NCBI GenBank assembly: GCA_964389975.1
Contig: CAYMGJ010000002.1
Span: 3,109-67,108, forward strand
DNA: 64,000 nt
Direction of reading: 5' to 3'
Source of the DNA: an uncultured Candidatus Saccharibacteria bacterium
GTDB taxonomy: Bacteria > Patescibacteriota > Minisyncoccia > Phycocordibacterales > PALSA-1337
A model generated the notes under the pieces. The model was not told where the DNA came from and did not search any database. It was given only the letters and a program-made list of their open reading frames with translations. Position numbers and translations under genes: made by a program. Shown in pieces: positions 47,469 to 58,748 of this stretch; within the stretch, counting starts at the first letter, position 1, and each line of letters begins with the position of its first letter.

Positions 47469-48476
47469 ATGAAAACCATCATACAAGAATACGCCCCCCT
47501 TATTCGCTCAGCAATCGATTCATCACATTCAATACTTCTTCATTGTCACCCTCATGCCGATCCTGACAGTGTGGGATCTGCTCTTGCTATGAAGTTTGCA
47601 CTTGAAGGACTTGGAAAGAAAGTTACTGTTATTCAAGGTGATAGTCCTATATCAAAAGAATTTCATTTCCCTGGTATTGAGAGTATTGTTCCTCAATCTG
47701 TTCCTCAAACTGATTTTTCTCAATTTGATCTTTTCATTATGCAGGATAGCGGGTCACTTGATATGGTTTCAAGGAATCCTTTTACATTGCCAGATAGTTT
47801 ACAGACTATCGTCATCGATCACCATATTACAAATACAAAATATGGGAAGATAAATTGTGTAGATCCTTCATACTCATCAACAGCAGAGCTTCTCCATGAT
47901 TTGTTTAAAGAGATGAATATTCCTCTCAATCATGATATTGCCCTTAACCTCTTTATGGGAATGTATACTGATACAGGAGGATTCCGGCATGAAAATACAA
48001 CAACAAGATCTTGGGAAACTGCTGTAGAACTCATTCACTATGTCCCTGATTATCATAAAACTATTTTCATTATGGAGAATAGTAGGAGTTTAAATTCTCT
48101 AAGATTTGAAGGGATCGCATGGAATTCAATACAGACATTTTATGACAACAAGCTTGTAGTTGTAGCAATTTCTTATGATGATCTCAAGAAACATGACATA
48201 TCTCTTGAAGATGCTTCTGCTTCATATATATCAAACAAGCTAAAGTCAGTTATTGGTTTTGATATTGCAGTTACTCTTGTTGAATATGAACCTGGTATTG
48301 TAAAAGGTAGTTTACGTACTCGAAACTCTGAAAAGTATGATCTCAGTGTGCTTGCTCGAGGGATAAGTGAAGTGGGTGGGGGACATAAGGCTGCTGCCGG
48401 GTTTTCTATCAAAGGAACAGTTTCTCAGGCTATTGAGCAAGTGGTCAAAACAGTTAAAGATGTATATAATTTCTAA
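47469..48476 (+). CDS. DHH-family phosphoesterase (NrnA-like bifunctional oligoribonuclease/pAp phosphatase)
   Basis: 335 aa; DHH motifs HCHPHADPDSVGSALAM, IDHH, and C-terminal DHHA1 GGGHKAAAGF. Confidence 0.8.
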   Translation: MKTIIQEYAPLIRSAIDSSHSILLHCHPHADPDSVGSALAMKFALEGLGKKVTVIQGDSPISKEFHFPGIESIVPQSVPQTDFSQFDLFIMQDSGSLDMVSRNPFTLPDSLQTIVIDHHITNTKYGKINCVDPSYSSTAELLHDLFKEMNIPLNHDIALNLFMGMYTDTGGFRHENTTTRSWETAVELIHYVPDYHKTIFIMENSRSLNSLRFEGIAWNSIQTFYDNKLVVVAISYDDLKKHDISLEDASASYISNKLKSVIGFDIAVTLVEYEPGIVKGSLRTRNSEKYDLSVLARGISEVGGGHKAAAGFSIKGTVSQAIEQVVKTVKDVYNF

Positions 48477-48478
48477 TT

Positions 48479-49141
48479 ATGGAAGAGAAAAAAGAAGAAA
48501 AAAAGAAACAAGCTCCAGTATATGTATCGATGATCGGTATCATCCTCATTTTTGGAGTCTTGTATATTATTAATTCAGTTGAAAAGGTAACTACCACATC
48601 TCCTGCGGCAACATCTTCGGAGACAGTGCCGTTATCATCATCATTAACAACTACACCTGTACAACGTATGCATACTATATCTATAGAAACAAATAAAGGA
48701 ACAATCGTGTTTGAAACATATGACAATGACGCACCACATACTGTGAAGAATTTTATTACCCTTGCTAATAAGGGATATTACAATGGCGTTATCTTTCATC
48801 GTGTTATCGAAGGATTTATGATTCAAGGAGGTGATCCTACGGGAACTGGTCGTGGAGGTCCAGGATATACTTTTGCTGATGAACTCAATCCTCAAACAGA
48901 TTCTTACAAGAAAGGATATACTCGTGGAACAGTTGCTATGGCAAATGCTGGTCCAAACACTAATGGTAGTCAGTTCTTCATTATGCATAAGGATACTCCA
49001 CTTCCAAATGCATATAGTATCTTTGGACATGTGGTAAGTGGAATGGAGGTTGTTGATGCAATCGCAACAACTGAGACTGATTCAAGTGACAAACCTCTTC
49101 AACCTATCATCATGAACAAGGTGACGGTATCAGAGAAATAA
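48479..49141 (+). CDS. Peptidyl-prolyl cis-trans isomerase, cyclophilin type, membrane-anchored
   Basis: 220 aa; N-terminal TM helix; FHRVIEGFMIQGGDP, GTVAMANAGPNTNGSQFFI. Confidence 0.9.
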   Translation: MEEKKEEKKKQAPVYVSMIGIILIFGVLYIINSVEKVTTTSPAATSSETVPLSSSLTTTPVQRMHTISIETNKGTIVFETYDNDAPHTVKNFITLANKGYYNGVIFHRVIEGFMIQGGDPTGTGRGGPGYTFADELNPQTDSYKKGYTRGTVAMANAGPNTNGSQFFIMHKDTPLPNAYSIFGHVVSGMEVVDAIATTETDSSDKPLQPIIMNKVTVSEK

Positions 49142-49143
49142 TT

Positions 49144-49908
49144 ATGTCAGAATATTACAACCCTCTTCGAACTAAAAATCTTTTTGATCCTGAGAGCGAT
49201 GCTCCCTTCAGAATTTCTCGTTCTAAGATTGAATTGTTCCAGGGTTGTCCTCTTTGTTTCTATCTTGACCGTCGTCTCGGTGTCGGTCGTCCTCCTGGAT
49301 TTCCTTTTGCCCTTAACTCAGCTGTCGATACACTTCTCAAGAAAGAGTTTGATGTTCATCGTGCTGAGAAGACATCACATCCTCTAATGGAAGCTTATGG
49401 ACTTACTGATATTGTTCCTTTTCAGCATAAGAAGCTTGATGTATGGCGTGAGAATTTCAAGGGTGTTGAATATCATTTTGAACCAGCCCAGTTTGTTATA
49501 ACGGGAGCAGTTGATGATATATGGGTTGATTCAAAGGGGAAGTTAATTATCGTTGATTATAAATCAACGAGTAAAGAAGAAAAGGTTACTTTGGATAAAG
49601 AGTGGCAGATTAGCTACAAGCGTCAGATGGAGATATATCAGTGGCTTTTCCGCAACAATGGATTTGAAGTATCTGATACAGGGTATTTCGTATACTGTAA
49701 TGGTAAAACAGATAGAAAAGCTTTTGATGCAAAGCTTGAGTTTGATATTGATCTCATACCATACACAGGTGATCCCTCATGGATACCTGATACCCTCATG
49801 GATATGAGAAAGTGTCTTATGCAGGAAACCCCTCCAAAGCCAGCGTCTTCGTGTGACTATTGTCTCTATCGTAAGGCTGCTCGTGATGTACAAAGCAAGA
49901 AGAAGTGA
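49144..49908 (+). CDS. Cas4/RecB-like PD-(D/E)xK nuclease with four-cysteine cluster (stand-alone)
   Basis: 254 aa; N-terminal CPLCFY, motif II/III VDDIWVD...IIVDYKS, QMEIYQW (QxxxY), C-terminal CDYCLY. Confidence 0.7.
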   Translation: MSEYYNPLRTKNLFDPESDAPFRISRSKIELFQGCPLCFYLDRRLGVGRPPGFPFALNSAVDTLLKKEFDVHRAEKTSHPLMEAYGLTDIVPFQHKKLDVWRENFKGVEYHFEPAQFVITGAVDDIWVDSKGKLIIVDYKSTSKEEKVTLDKEWQISYKRQMEIYQWLFRNNGFEVSDTGYFVYCNGKTDRKAFDAKLEFDIDLIPYTGDPSWIPDTLMDMRKCLMQETPPKPASSCDYCLYRKAARDVQSKKK

Positions 49909-49953
49909 TAAAATACTCTTGTAGTTTATTATTAGTTTTTAATATATTTCAGT

Positions 49954-50406
49954 ATGTTTAAGAAATTCTGTGCATATTTCTGCACACCTGATATGGGTCT
50001 CGTTTTTCTAAGAATTGCTCTTGGAATCTTTATTATTCATGGATGGAGTAAGTTTTCACATATGGAACAAACTATCGGATTCTTCGGAATGCTCGGTCTT
50101 GCTCCATTTTGGGCTTATGTAGTAGCAACAGTTGAGCTTGTCGGAGGTATTGCAATACTTCTCGGAATATATGCTCGATACGTGGGAGCACTTCTCGCTA
50201 TCATCATGGTAGTTGCGATGGCTCAGACTTCATGGGAAACGGGATTCATGGCTCATACATATGAATTCGTACTTCTTTTTGCAGCTCTCGCTATCTCAGC
50301 AATGGGTTCAGGAAAGTTCTCTGTACTCAAGTCTTCATGTGGATGTGATTGCAAAGATGGTTCATGCTCATGTGGAACATCAAAGACTGAGGCTTCTCAA
50401 GCTTAG
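49954..50406 (+). CDS. DoxX-family membrane protein with Cys-rich C-terminal tail
   Basis: 150 aa; 4 TM helices; tail SSCGCDCKDGSCSCGTSK. Confidence 0.7.
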   Translation: MFKKFCAYFCTPDMGLVFLRIALGIFIIHGWSKFSHMEQTIGFFGMLGLAPFWAYVVATVELVGGIAILLGIYARYVGALLAIIMVVAMAQTSWETGFMAHTYEFVLLFAALAISAMGSGKFSVLKSSCGCDCKDGSCSCGTSKTEASQA

Positions 50407-50420
50407 TTTTTAAATGAAAA

Positions 50421-50468
50421 AACGCAGTGTGTTCTATTGGTACCCGCAATAGTTTCACTGCGTTTTTT
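50421..50468. terminator. Bidirectional intrinsic terminator between convergent genes
   Basis: AACGCAGTG...CACTGCGTT stem flanked by A6 and T6. Confidence 0.6.
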
Positions 50469-50601
50469 CTTTGGAATTAAAATATATATTACATAGTTTT
50501 TTCTTGTGTATATATTGTGGCGACTATCACAACATATATATTGTATGAATATGGAATGAATTTTTACTGAAGAAAAGATAAAGGAAGGATAAAGTATATT
50601 G

Positions 50602-51270
50602 TTATGCATCAATAATATATCCACGTCCAGGTATGTTTCTAATCAATGTCTTTTTCTTGTCATCATGTATTTTCTTTCTGAGGTTTAGGATATGAGATTC
50701 AATTGTATTAGAAAATGGATCACTGTCTGCATTCCATACATATTCCATTATCATACCTCGTGAAAGTACGGTTCCTTTGTTGCGTAAGAGAAACTCAAGG
50801 AGATTAAATTCTTTACGGGTAAGGTAGATTTTTGTTTTACCTCTATGTACTAATTGTTTCTTGGTATCAAGTGTTACATCCTCTTTGGTAAGGACTGTGT
50901 TGGTGATGACATGTGGTCGACGTGCGAGTGCTTGTATTCGAGCTTTAAGTTCATCGTATGAAAATGGTTTGACCATATAGTCATCTGCACCATGTTCAAA
51001 GACTTCAACCTTCTTACTTAACTCATGGTGTACGGTAAGAAATATGATGGGGGCTTGTATGTGTGTATTTCTAATTTCATCGAGTACCATTAAGCCACTT
51101 TTTCCAGGAAGTGAATAGTCGAGGATTATAATATCGTATGAATTAGTTCGAGCCATATATGATCCTTCAATTCCTGTATAGGCACGATCAACAGTGAATA
51201 TATCAGATACGAGACATTGAAATATGAAGTTTGAAATCTCGATATCATCTTCAATTAGAAGTATTTTCAT
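50602..51270 (-). CDS. OmpR-family two-component response regulator (orphan)
   Basis: 222 aa; receiver MKILLIEDD...DYSLPGKSG and C-terminal winged-helix (TRKEFNLLEFLL...RGKGY-like); no histidine kinase in the window. Confidence 0.85.
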   Translation of the reverse strand: MKILLIEDDIEISNFIFQCLVSDIFTVDRAYTGIEGSYMARTNSYDIIILDYSLPGKSGLMVLDEIRNTHIQAPIIFLTVHHELSKKVEVFEHGADDYMVKPFSYDELKARIQALARRPHVITNTVLTKEDVTLDTKKQLVHRGKTKIYLTRKEFNLLEFLLRNKGTVLSRGMIMEYVWNADSDPFSNTIESHILNLRKKIHDDKKKTLIRNIPGRGYIIDA

Positions 51271-51435
51271 AATTCAGATTATACGTATGTTATACAAAAA
51301 AACTATGAATATAAGTGGAAATGTGGGGGATAGATTTTAGTAAAATTTTATCCTTTTCGAAAGATGGCTCTATGTAGGTATCTTTTCATTCTGTATTCGG
51401 GTTCATTTTTATGGTAATATAGTGAAATACGTAAA

Positions 51436-52719
51436 TTGTCCATGGATACTTTATTTGCATCAATACTCTCACATATGGAGATCGTCATCGAACATGGAGG
51501 ATATCTCGTCCTGTTCCTCGTATCAGTTCTTGAGGGTGTTCCCATTGTTGGTCCCTTTGTTCCTGGTCATACGATAGTTATTCTTTCAGGTTTTCTTTCG
51601 AAGATAGGGGTTTTGGATTTGAGTTATGTACTTGCTCTTTCTATGGCAGGTGCTTTTATGGGTGATCTATTGGGCTTTATGTGTGGTCGAAAATTTGGTT
51701 TTGTATTCCTCAATAGATTTGGAAAGTACTTCTTCATCAAAGACCAGCATGTTGAGAAGGTGAAGACTATTGTGCAAAAACATAGTGGTAAATCGATAAT
51801 ATTGGGTCGTTTTAGTCCACTTACCCGAGCCCTCGCCCCATATATCACAGGCGCAAGTGGTGTGTCATTGCGTAGTTTTTGGTTCTTCGATCTCATCGGG
51901 GTCATTTTATGGGCATGTGTATCAATTGGTTTGGGTTTTGTGTTTGGTGCAAGTTACAAGGTTGCAGCAGTATTTTTTGGTAAGTTCATACTGGCAGCCA
52001 TTATCATTGGTGTATTCACAGTGTGGTCATATCATTTCATTAATCGTCAATTCCATATCTTTGCACGATATGAACTCATTACTCTCTTTCTCAATCTCTC
52101 TGGTCTCTATGTATTTTTCAAGATGATACAGGATGCCCTTGTACAATCTTCAGCTATTGTTGGTTTTGATGTATGGTTCAATCTCCTCCTTCTTTCTAAT
52201 ACGAAGCCATTCCTTGCTTCTTTTTTCATCTTCATGACTAATACCTTTAGTCCAACATCTCTTATGATGTTAATGATAATTGGTATTTGCTATTTCTTGT
52301 ACCGCAAGCAGTGGAGATATGCATTCATTACATTTTTCTCATATAGTGGTGGTATGTTTCTGAGTGGGTTCATCAAAGAAATGGTATTGCGAGCTCGTCC
52401 CGTCGATTCAATTGTAAGTGCAGGAGGGTATAGCTTTCCAAGTGGTCATGCCACTGCAATCATGATTGTATGTGTCATCGCAATATATACTCTTGCTCGA
52501 CGATTTACTTCTACAACAAAACGAGAGATGTTTATCGTATCTCTCGTTCTTCTAACCCTACTCATTGGATTTAGTCGTCTCTATCTCGGTGTACACTGGT
52601 TCTCTGATGTGATTGCTGGTTTTGCTCTGGGTCTTTTCTGGACAACATTTATCATCCTCGCAGTTCGATATTTGGGGATGTTTGTACAGAACTATATACA
52701 CTTAGGAGACAAGAGATGA
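51436..52719 (+). CDS. DedA (SNARE-associated/VTT) domain fused to PAP2 phosphatase (undecaprenyl-pyrophosphate phosphatase-like)
   Basis: 427 aa; N-terminal DedA pattern (GYLVLFLVSVLEGVPIVGPFVPGHTIVI), C-terminal PAP2 motifs KEMVLRARP, SFPSGHA, SRLYLGVHWFSDV. Confidence 0.75.
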   Translation: MSMDTLFASILSHMEIVIEHGGYLVLFLVSVLEGVPIVGPFVPGHTIVILSGFLSKIGVLDLSYVLALSMAGAFMGDLLGFMCGRKFGFVFLNRFGKYFFIKDQHVEKVKTIVQKHSGKSIILGRFSPLTRALAPYITGASGVSLRSFWFFDLIGVILWACVSIGLGFVFGASYKVAAVFFGKFILAAIIIGVFTVWSYHFINRQFHIFARYELITLFLNLSGLYVFFKMIQDALVQSSAIVGFDVWFNLLLLSNTKPFLASFFIFMTNTFSPTSLMMLMIIGICYFLYRKQWRYAFITFFSYSGGMFLSGFIKEMVLRARPVDSIVSAGGYSFPSGHATAIMIVCVIAIYTLARRFTSTTKREMFIVSLVLLTLLIGFSRLYLGVHWFSDVIAGFALGLFWTTFIILAVRYLGMFVQNYIHLGDKR

Positions 52720-54207
52720 TCCTGTCATTGCTTTTGGAACTGGAATTGAGAGAAGGGTAAGGATTGTTGGAGCAATATCTGCAAGTCCTCCATCTTTGAG
52801 AGTATGTGACGTGTCTGTGAGAATCGCAGGTACAGGATTAGTTGTGTGAGCTGTATGAAGTGTTCCTGATACAGGATCAACATTAACTTCAGCATTTCCA
52901 TGATCTGCAGTTATGAATGCAATTCCTCCTTTCTTGTTGAGTGCCTCTATTACTCTCTGTAATTGAGTATCTACTGTCTCAATCGCTGTGATGATGGCGG
53001 GAACATTTGCGGTATGACCAACCATGTCTGGATTTGCAAAGTTGATGAATATGAAATCGATACCTTTCTCGATTTCCTCAATTGCTTTGTCAGCAATACC
53101 CTCAGCTCTCATCTCAGGGGCTTGATCATGAGTCTTCACGTCCTTCCTACTTGGAAGCATGATATCAACTTCCTTTTCATATGGTTTCTCACGTCCTCCA
53201 TTAAGGAAATATGTTGCATGGGCAAATTTCTCTGTTTCTGCAATGTGACTCTGGGCAAGTCCTGCACGTGATATCTCTGCTCCTAGTGTTGTTTCAACTG
53301 CTGTGGGAGGGAATGCAACAACACAGGTATAGTCGACACAATATTCGGTAAGGGTAACAACGTGGATGTTGTCATTCTTCTGTTTCTCAAGAAGTTTCTG
53401 AGTGAACATGCGTGCACGATCAGCTCTGAAATTAAAGAAGAATACTCCATCGTTTTGTGCAAAAGCACATCCAATACCTTGAAGATTTGCACATACTGTT
53501 GGTTCAAGTAGTTCATCATTTTTTCCAAGTTTGTATTGTTCCTCGAGATACTGAGAAGGAGAAATATTACATACATTTCCTTTACATTCAAACATAGCTT
53601 GCTCTACTCTCGACAGTCTGTCCCAGTTGTTGTCACGATCCATGGCATAGTATCGTCCTGAAATGGTTGCAATGAAGAATTCAGGTCCAAGTTCATCGAT
53701 GAGGGCTTCAAGTTCTTTTACAAACTTTGATGCACTTTGTGGAGGCGTGTCTCGTCCATCGGTAAAGACATGTATTGCTACTCTTTTCATTCCTTGAGCT
53801 TTAGCTTCACGGAGAAAAGCAAAGAGATGATTCTGATGACTATGTACTCCTCCAACACTTACAAGTCCTTGTACATGAAGAGTTGAATCATTTTTGCGTA
53901 CATGTTCAAAGAGATCAACGAAAGCTTTGTTTGAGTGAAAAGCTCCTTCCGCTATTGCCTTGTCGATTCGTACAAGATCAGTATCAACGGGCTTACCAGC
54001 ACCGATGGTTGTATGTCCCACCTCACTGTTTCCCATTTGACCCTCAGGAAGTCCTACAGCATTGCCAGATGCCTTGAGAAGAGAGTGGGGGTATGATGCC
54101 CATAGGGAGTTAAAGAATGGTGTTTTTGATGCAAGAATTGCATTATGAAGCGTATCTTCACGATATCCCCATCCATCAAGAACTATGAGCATTACTGGTT
54201 TTTTCAT
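52702..54207 (-). CDS. gpmI: 2,3-bisphosphoglycerate-independent phosphoglycerate mutase
   Basis: 501 aa; metalloenzyme motifs (VLDGWG, ADHGN, serine-phosphatase active site) across the full length. Confidence 0.95.
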   Translation of the reverse strand: MKKPVMLIVLDGWGYREDTLHNAILASKTPFFNSLWASYPHSLLKASGNAVGLPEGQMGNSEVGHTTIGAGKPVDTDLVRIDKAIAEGAFHSNKAFVDLFEHVRKNDSTLHVQGLVSVGGVHSHQNHLFAFLREAKAQGMKRVAIHVFTDGRDTPPQSASKFVKELEALIDELGPEFFIATISGRYYAMDRDNNWDRLSRVEQAMFECKGNVCNISPSQYLEEQYKLGKNDELLEPTVCANLQGIGCAFAQNDGVFFFNFRADRARMFTQKLLEKQKNDNIHVVTLTEYCVDYTCVVAFPPTAVETTLGAEISRAGLAQSHIAETEKFAHATYFLNGGREKPYEKEVDIMLPSRKDVKTHDQAPEMRAEGIADKAIEEIEKGIDFIFINFANPDMVGHTANVPAIITAIETVDTQLQRVIEALNKKGGIAFITADHGNAEVNVDPVSGTLHTAHTTNPVPAILTDTSHTLKDGGLADIAPTILTLLSIPVPKAMTGSSLVS

Positions 54208-54215
54208 ATTTTTTG

Positions 54216-55535
<1,320 letters not shown>

Positions 55536-55589
55536 TCACAGTATATCAAAAAATGTGGTTTTTGAAAGGTAATGTAGATACAAGAAAAA

Positions 55590-55800
55590 ACCCTGACGCC
55601 ATAGTGCGTCAGGGGCTCATAATTACTCTGTAACCTAGCGGTGATGCCTGATCATTCTCTCTAAAGCATGATTCGGAGTATAAGGGATTGGAGTTAACCT
55701 ATTTCTCGGGTGTAGACCTTTCAGTTTTGTCGGTTTAGACGGAAGCTCATTCATAAAAAGACCAGGCCCTCGATGATGAATCGGGTGTCTGGTCTTTTTA
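55590..55800 (-). ncRNA. Candidate small RNA (unassigned) bounded by two hairpin terminators
   Basis: 360-nt ORF-free intergenic region; minus-strand terminator CCCTGACGC...GCGTCAGGG plus T6 at 55590-55616 and a bidirectional hairpin AAGACCAG...CTGGTCTT at about 55757-55796; strand and extent uncertain. Confidence 0.2.
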
Positions 55801-55862
55801 TTTATATGTCCTCTTTAAAAATCTTTATTTTAAGGGCAAAAAATGCTAAAGTGTTGTGTAAT

Positions 55863-56486
55863 ATGATTCCTGTTGCTTTGGGAGAACAATCTGAACGATG
55901 GAACAAGGTTTACAGCAAATCAGGAACGCTGCCTTGGACCAAGGTCCCTTTTTCAGAAGGGGTTAAAAAATATCTAAGCTCACTTAACAAAGATGAGCCT
56001 CTTTTGGTTTCTGGCTGTGGTACAGGAGAAACTGTGAATACTCTCAACGAACAAGGATTCGATAAGGTTACAGGTACTGATATTTCAGCGGAGGCTATAA
56101 ATCGAGCAAAGAAATCATTTCCTCAACTTACCTTTAGGGTTGTGGCAACTGAGGACCTCAAAAATGAAGAACAAATCAAGGGCTCAAATATTCTGGATTG
56201 GTTGAACTTACATCAAATTACTCCTGAATCTTTAGAACATTATCTTTCATCGCTTACAGAAGTTGCTGCGTCACTTTGTATTACCTGGATTTTCCACGAG
56301 GGGGCAGAAAAAAGCAGGTCCTACGTACATGAAGGGGAGGTTTATTTTCATAACCCTGTTAATGTCTCAAATATTTTGAGTGTCAGAGGTTTTAAGTTGC
56401 AGGATCAAACTAAATTTCAGTTTACATCTCAGGGAGAAAAACCTATTGTTCACGAGGCTATTACGCAAATTTATGCAAAGTCCTAA
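55863..56486 (+). CDS. Class I SAM-dependent methyltransferase
   Basis: About 207 aa from MIPVALGEQ; motif I LVSGCGTGE, motif II-like DKVTGTDIS; the track ORF start at 55773 lies inside a terminator hairpin. Confidence 0.65.
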   Translation: MIPVALGEQSERWNKVYSKSGTLPWTKVPFSEGVKKYLSSLNKDEPLLVSGCGTGETVNTLNEQGFDKVTGTDISAEAINRAKKSFPQLTFRVVATEDLKNEEQIKGSNILDWLNLHQITPESLEHYLSSLTEVAASLCITWIFHEGAEKSRSYVHEGEVYFHNPVNVSNILSVRGFKLQDQTKFQFTSQGEKPIVHEAITQIYAKS

Positions 56487-57474
56487 AAAGAACATCTTAA
56501 TAATCGGTGGCACAGGCATTGTGGGGAAACCTACGGTTATGCAACTTATCAAGCATAATGAATACAATGTATATTCTATTGCTTTGAAAAAGACAGATTT
56601 CCCTCCAAGTGTAAAACAATATATAGTCGATCGAACGACTGAAGAATATAAAGAGCTTATCGAAAAGTTAAACTCAGAGGTAGACGTTTGGGACGCAGTC
56701 ATTGATATCGTGGCTTTCAATGCAGAAAGTGCAAAGAGTACCTACTCACTTTTTAAGAACGAGGCACAGCATATAATTACGTTAAGTACGAGCTTAGTTT
56801 ACGATCGAACTAAAGAAGATTTAGATCCTATTGCTGAAGATGTTCAACTTGCACCGGAAGGACAATTTGGAGGTTACGTAGATGGAAAGATGAGGCTAGA
56901 GAAGTTCTGGCACTCGATTACAGATGTAAATTGGACCTTACTGCGACCATATCACATCTTAGGAGCCGAATCTCTCCTCGGTTGTATCCCAGAGCACAAT
57001 AGAGATCCTAAATTGATTGAGCGACTTAAGAAAGGTGAGATATTGAGACTTTGCAACGGAGGAAATATCCAGTTCAATTACATTCATCCAAAAGATATCG
57101 CTACTGCGGTTTATAAAATTATCGGCAATACTAATACGTTTAAACAAGTTTATAATCTGGTAAACCCTCAGCCGATCCTCGCTAAAGATTATTACGCTGA
57201 GATTTCTAAGCAAGTCGGCGGCACTTTAAATATCGAGCCAGTACCACTGGATAAAATCTGGTCCGAAATGAAAGGTTGGGAGATGACAACTCTGCCTCAT
57301 ATTTACAGTGTGGAGAAAATGCAAAAGGATATTAACTTTACTCCAAGTATTTCTCTTGAAGAAGGTATCCGAGATGCCATAGAATATCCTGCAAAAATTA
57401 TGTCTACAGAAATTCCCATTCATCAGAGAATGAATAAGCTGCCACATCCTAAGAAGCCTGAGTGGTTGAAATAA
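56473..57474 (+). CDS. NAD-dependent epimerase/dehydratase (extended SDR) family protein
   Basis: About 333 aa from MQSPKKNILIIGGTGIVGK (Rossmann GxxGxxG); the upstream part of the track ORF overlaps the methyltransferase and is unsupported. Confidence 0.8.
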   Translation: MQSPKKNILIIGGTGIVGKPTVMQLIKHNEYNVYSIALKKTDFPPSVKQYIVDRTTEEYKELIEKLNSEVDVWDAVIDIVAFNAESAKSTYSLFKNEAQHIITLSTSLVYDRTKEDLDPIAEDVQLAPEGQFGGYVDGKMRLEKFWHSITDVNWTLLRPYHILGAESLLGCIPEHNRDPKLIERLKKGEILRLCNGGNIQFNYIHPKDIATAVYKIIGNTNTFKQVYNLVNPQPILAKDYYAEISKQVGGTLNIEPVPLDKIWSEMKGWEMTTLPHIYSVEKMQKDINFTPSISLEEGIRDAIEYPAKIMSTEIPIHQRMNKLPHPKKPEWLK

Positions 57475-57554
57475 TATAAACAGAGACAATCTTCCAAAAA
57501 AAAGAGTTCTCACATAAAAGTCAATAGGTATCGTTATCTACGTAAAGATGCACA

Positions 57555-58730
57555 TTACCTCGTATCCTCAAGTCGTAGTATTGATATGAGAGTGAGAATA
57601 CAGATGATACCAAGTATCATAAAGAGATATGGATCAGTGGTATATACAAGACCTACTACAGTGATGAGTGGTGCTATGAAATATGATATTGGACGGGTAA
57701 TTCTAAACATACTAAGAATATGGGATTCTGATGGAGGAACTTTCTTAAAGAAATATGTTTCAATCATAACTTCTGCAGCCGCTGCTCCAATACGACTTAT
57801 GAACAAAATGAGTGCCCAGAGGAAGAAGTTTCTTGTTGTTATGAACGTCATGCTACATGTTGCAATACCGAGGATGATAAAGCCGATAGCGAGAAGTTCT
57901 TTTTCTCCCCATTTTTTGTCAGCAAGTTTTCCTAATGGTAATTGCACAAAAACAAATGGTATGAGCATGATGGTGAAAATGATACTGATTTCTCCCCAGT
58001 TAAATCCAATGTGTTGTGAGAGATAGAGGGGGGTATAGATAGTCATCCATGCATAGAAGGTTTGGAGTATTATGTTAATGAAAAATATTTTTGTAATATT
58101 CTTGTCTCGTAATACTGCTCGTATTGTTGCACGTGGTGGAACGGTATGATATTGAGGATCTTTAAATGTACTGAAGTTTTTATGAATGATATAGAGGAGT
58201 ATGAAAAGGAGACCAAAGGCTGCAATATAGATGCCTTTGTAATCATTACCGATAATGAGCATTCCTCCGAGGAGGGGACCAAGTATCCATGCTATATTAA
58301 GCCCCGTCATGTAGAGTCCTCGTATTGTGCCTGTGTGCGCAATGTCGGTATTCTTTTCAAGGAAAATATCAACAGTGAATCCGATAAGGTTAATGATTGA
58401 GAGGGCAAGGATAAGGAGGGGGATAACTACATGTCCTGCATTTGAAAATATGATTCCATAGAAGAGAACAATTTGAATACCGATAAGACACAGTGAGGTT
58501 GTGTAATTACCTAGTTTCTTTATCACTTTGTTGATGAGAAGGAATCCGATGATGGTACAGAGTGAAATGATGAGATAAATACTACTTACTGTTTTTTCAT
58601 CAACAAAGGTTGAGAGAAAACTCGAGTTAAAGTATGTTGCTATAGTGATATGGAGGGTAACAAAAAAACCGACCATGCTCGTTGTGTAGAGCATGGAGGT
58701 TTTTTTTACTGGGTGCAGATGACGCATCAT
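57555..58730 (-). CDS. MFS transporter
   Basis: 391 aa; 12 predicted TM helices with MFS-like loop motif between TM2 and TM3. Confidence 0.75.
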   Translation of the reverse strand: MMRHLHPVKKTSMLYTTSMVGFFVTLHITIATYFNSSFLSTFVDEKTVSSIYLIISLCTIIGFLLINKVIKKLGNYTTSLCLIGIQIVLFYGIIFSNAGHVVIPLLILALSIINLIGFTVDIFLEKNTDIAHTGTIRGLYMTGLNIAWILGPLLGGMLIIGNDYKGIYIAAFGLLFILLYIIHKNFSTFKDPQYHTVPPRATIRAVLRDKNITKIFFINIILQTFYAWMTIYTPLYLSQHIGFNWGEISIIFTIMLIPFVFVQLPLGKLADKKWGEKELLAIGFIILGIATCSMTFITTRNFFLWALILFISRIGAAAAEVMIETYFFKKVPPSESHILSMFRITRPISYFIAPLITVVGLVYTTDPYLFMILGIICILTLISILRLEDTR

Positions 58731-58748
58731 TGCACTATTATATCATCC

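Noticed and set aside
56367-56720. Minus-strand ORF 56367-56720
   Set aside because: Antisense to two well-supported plus-strand genes (methyltransferase, SDR epimerase) with no features of its own.
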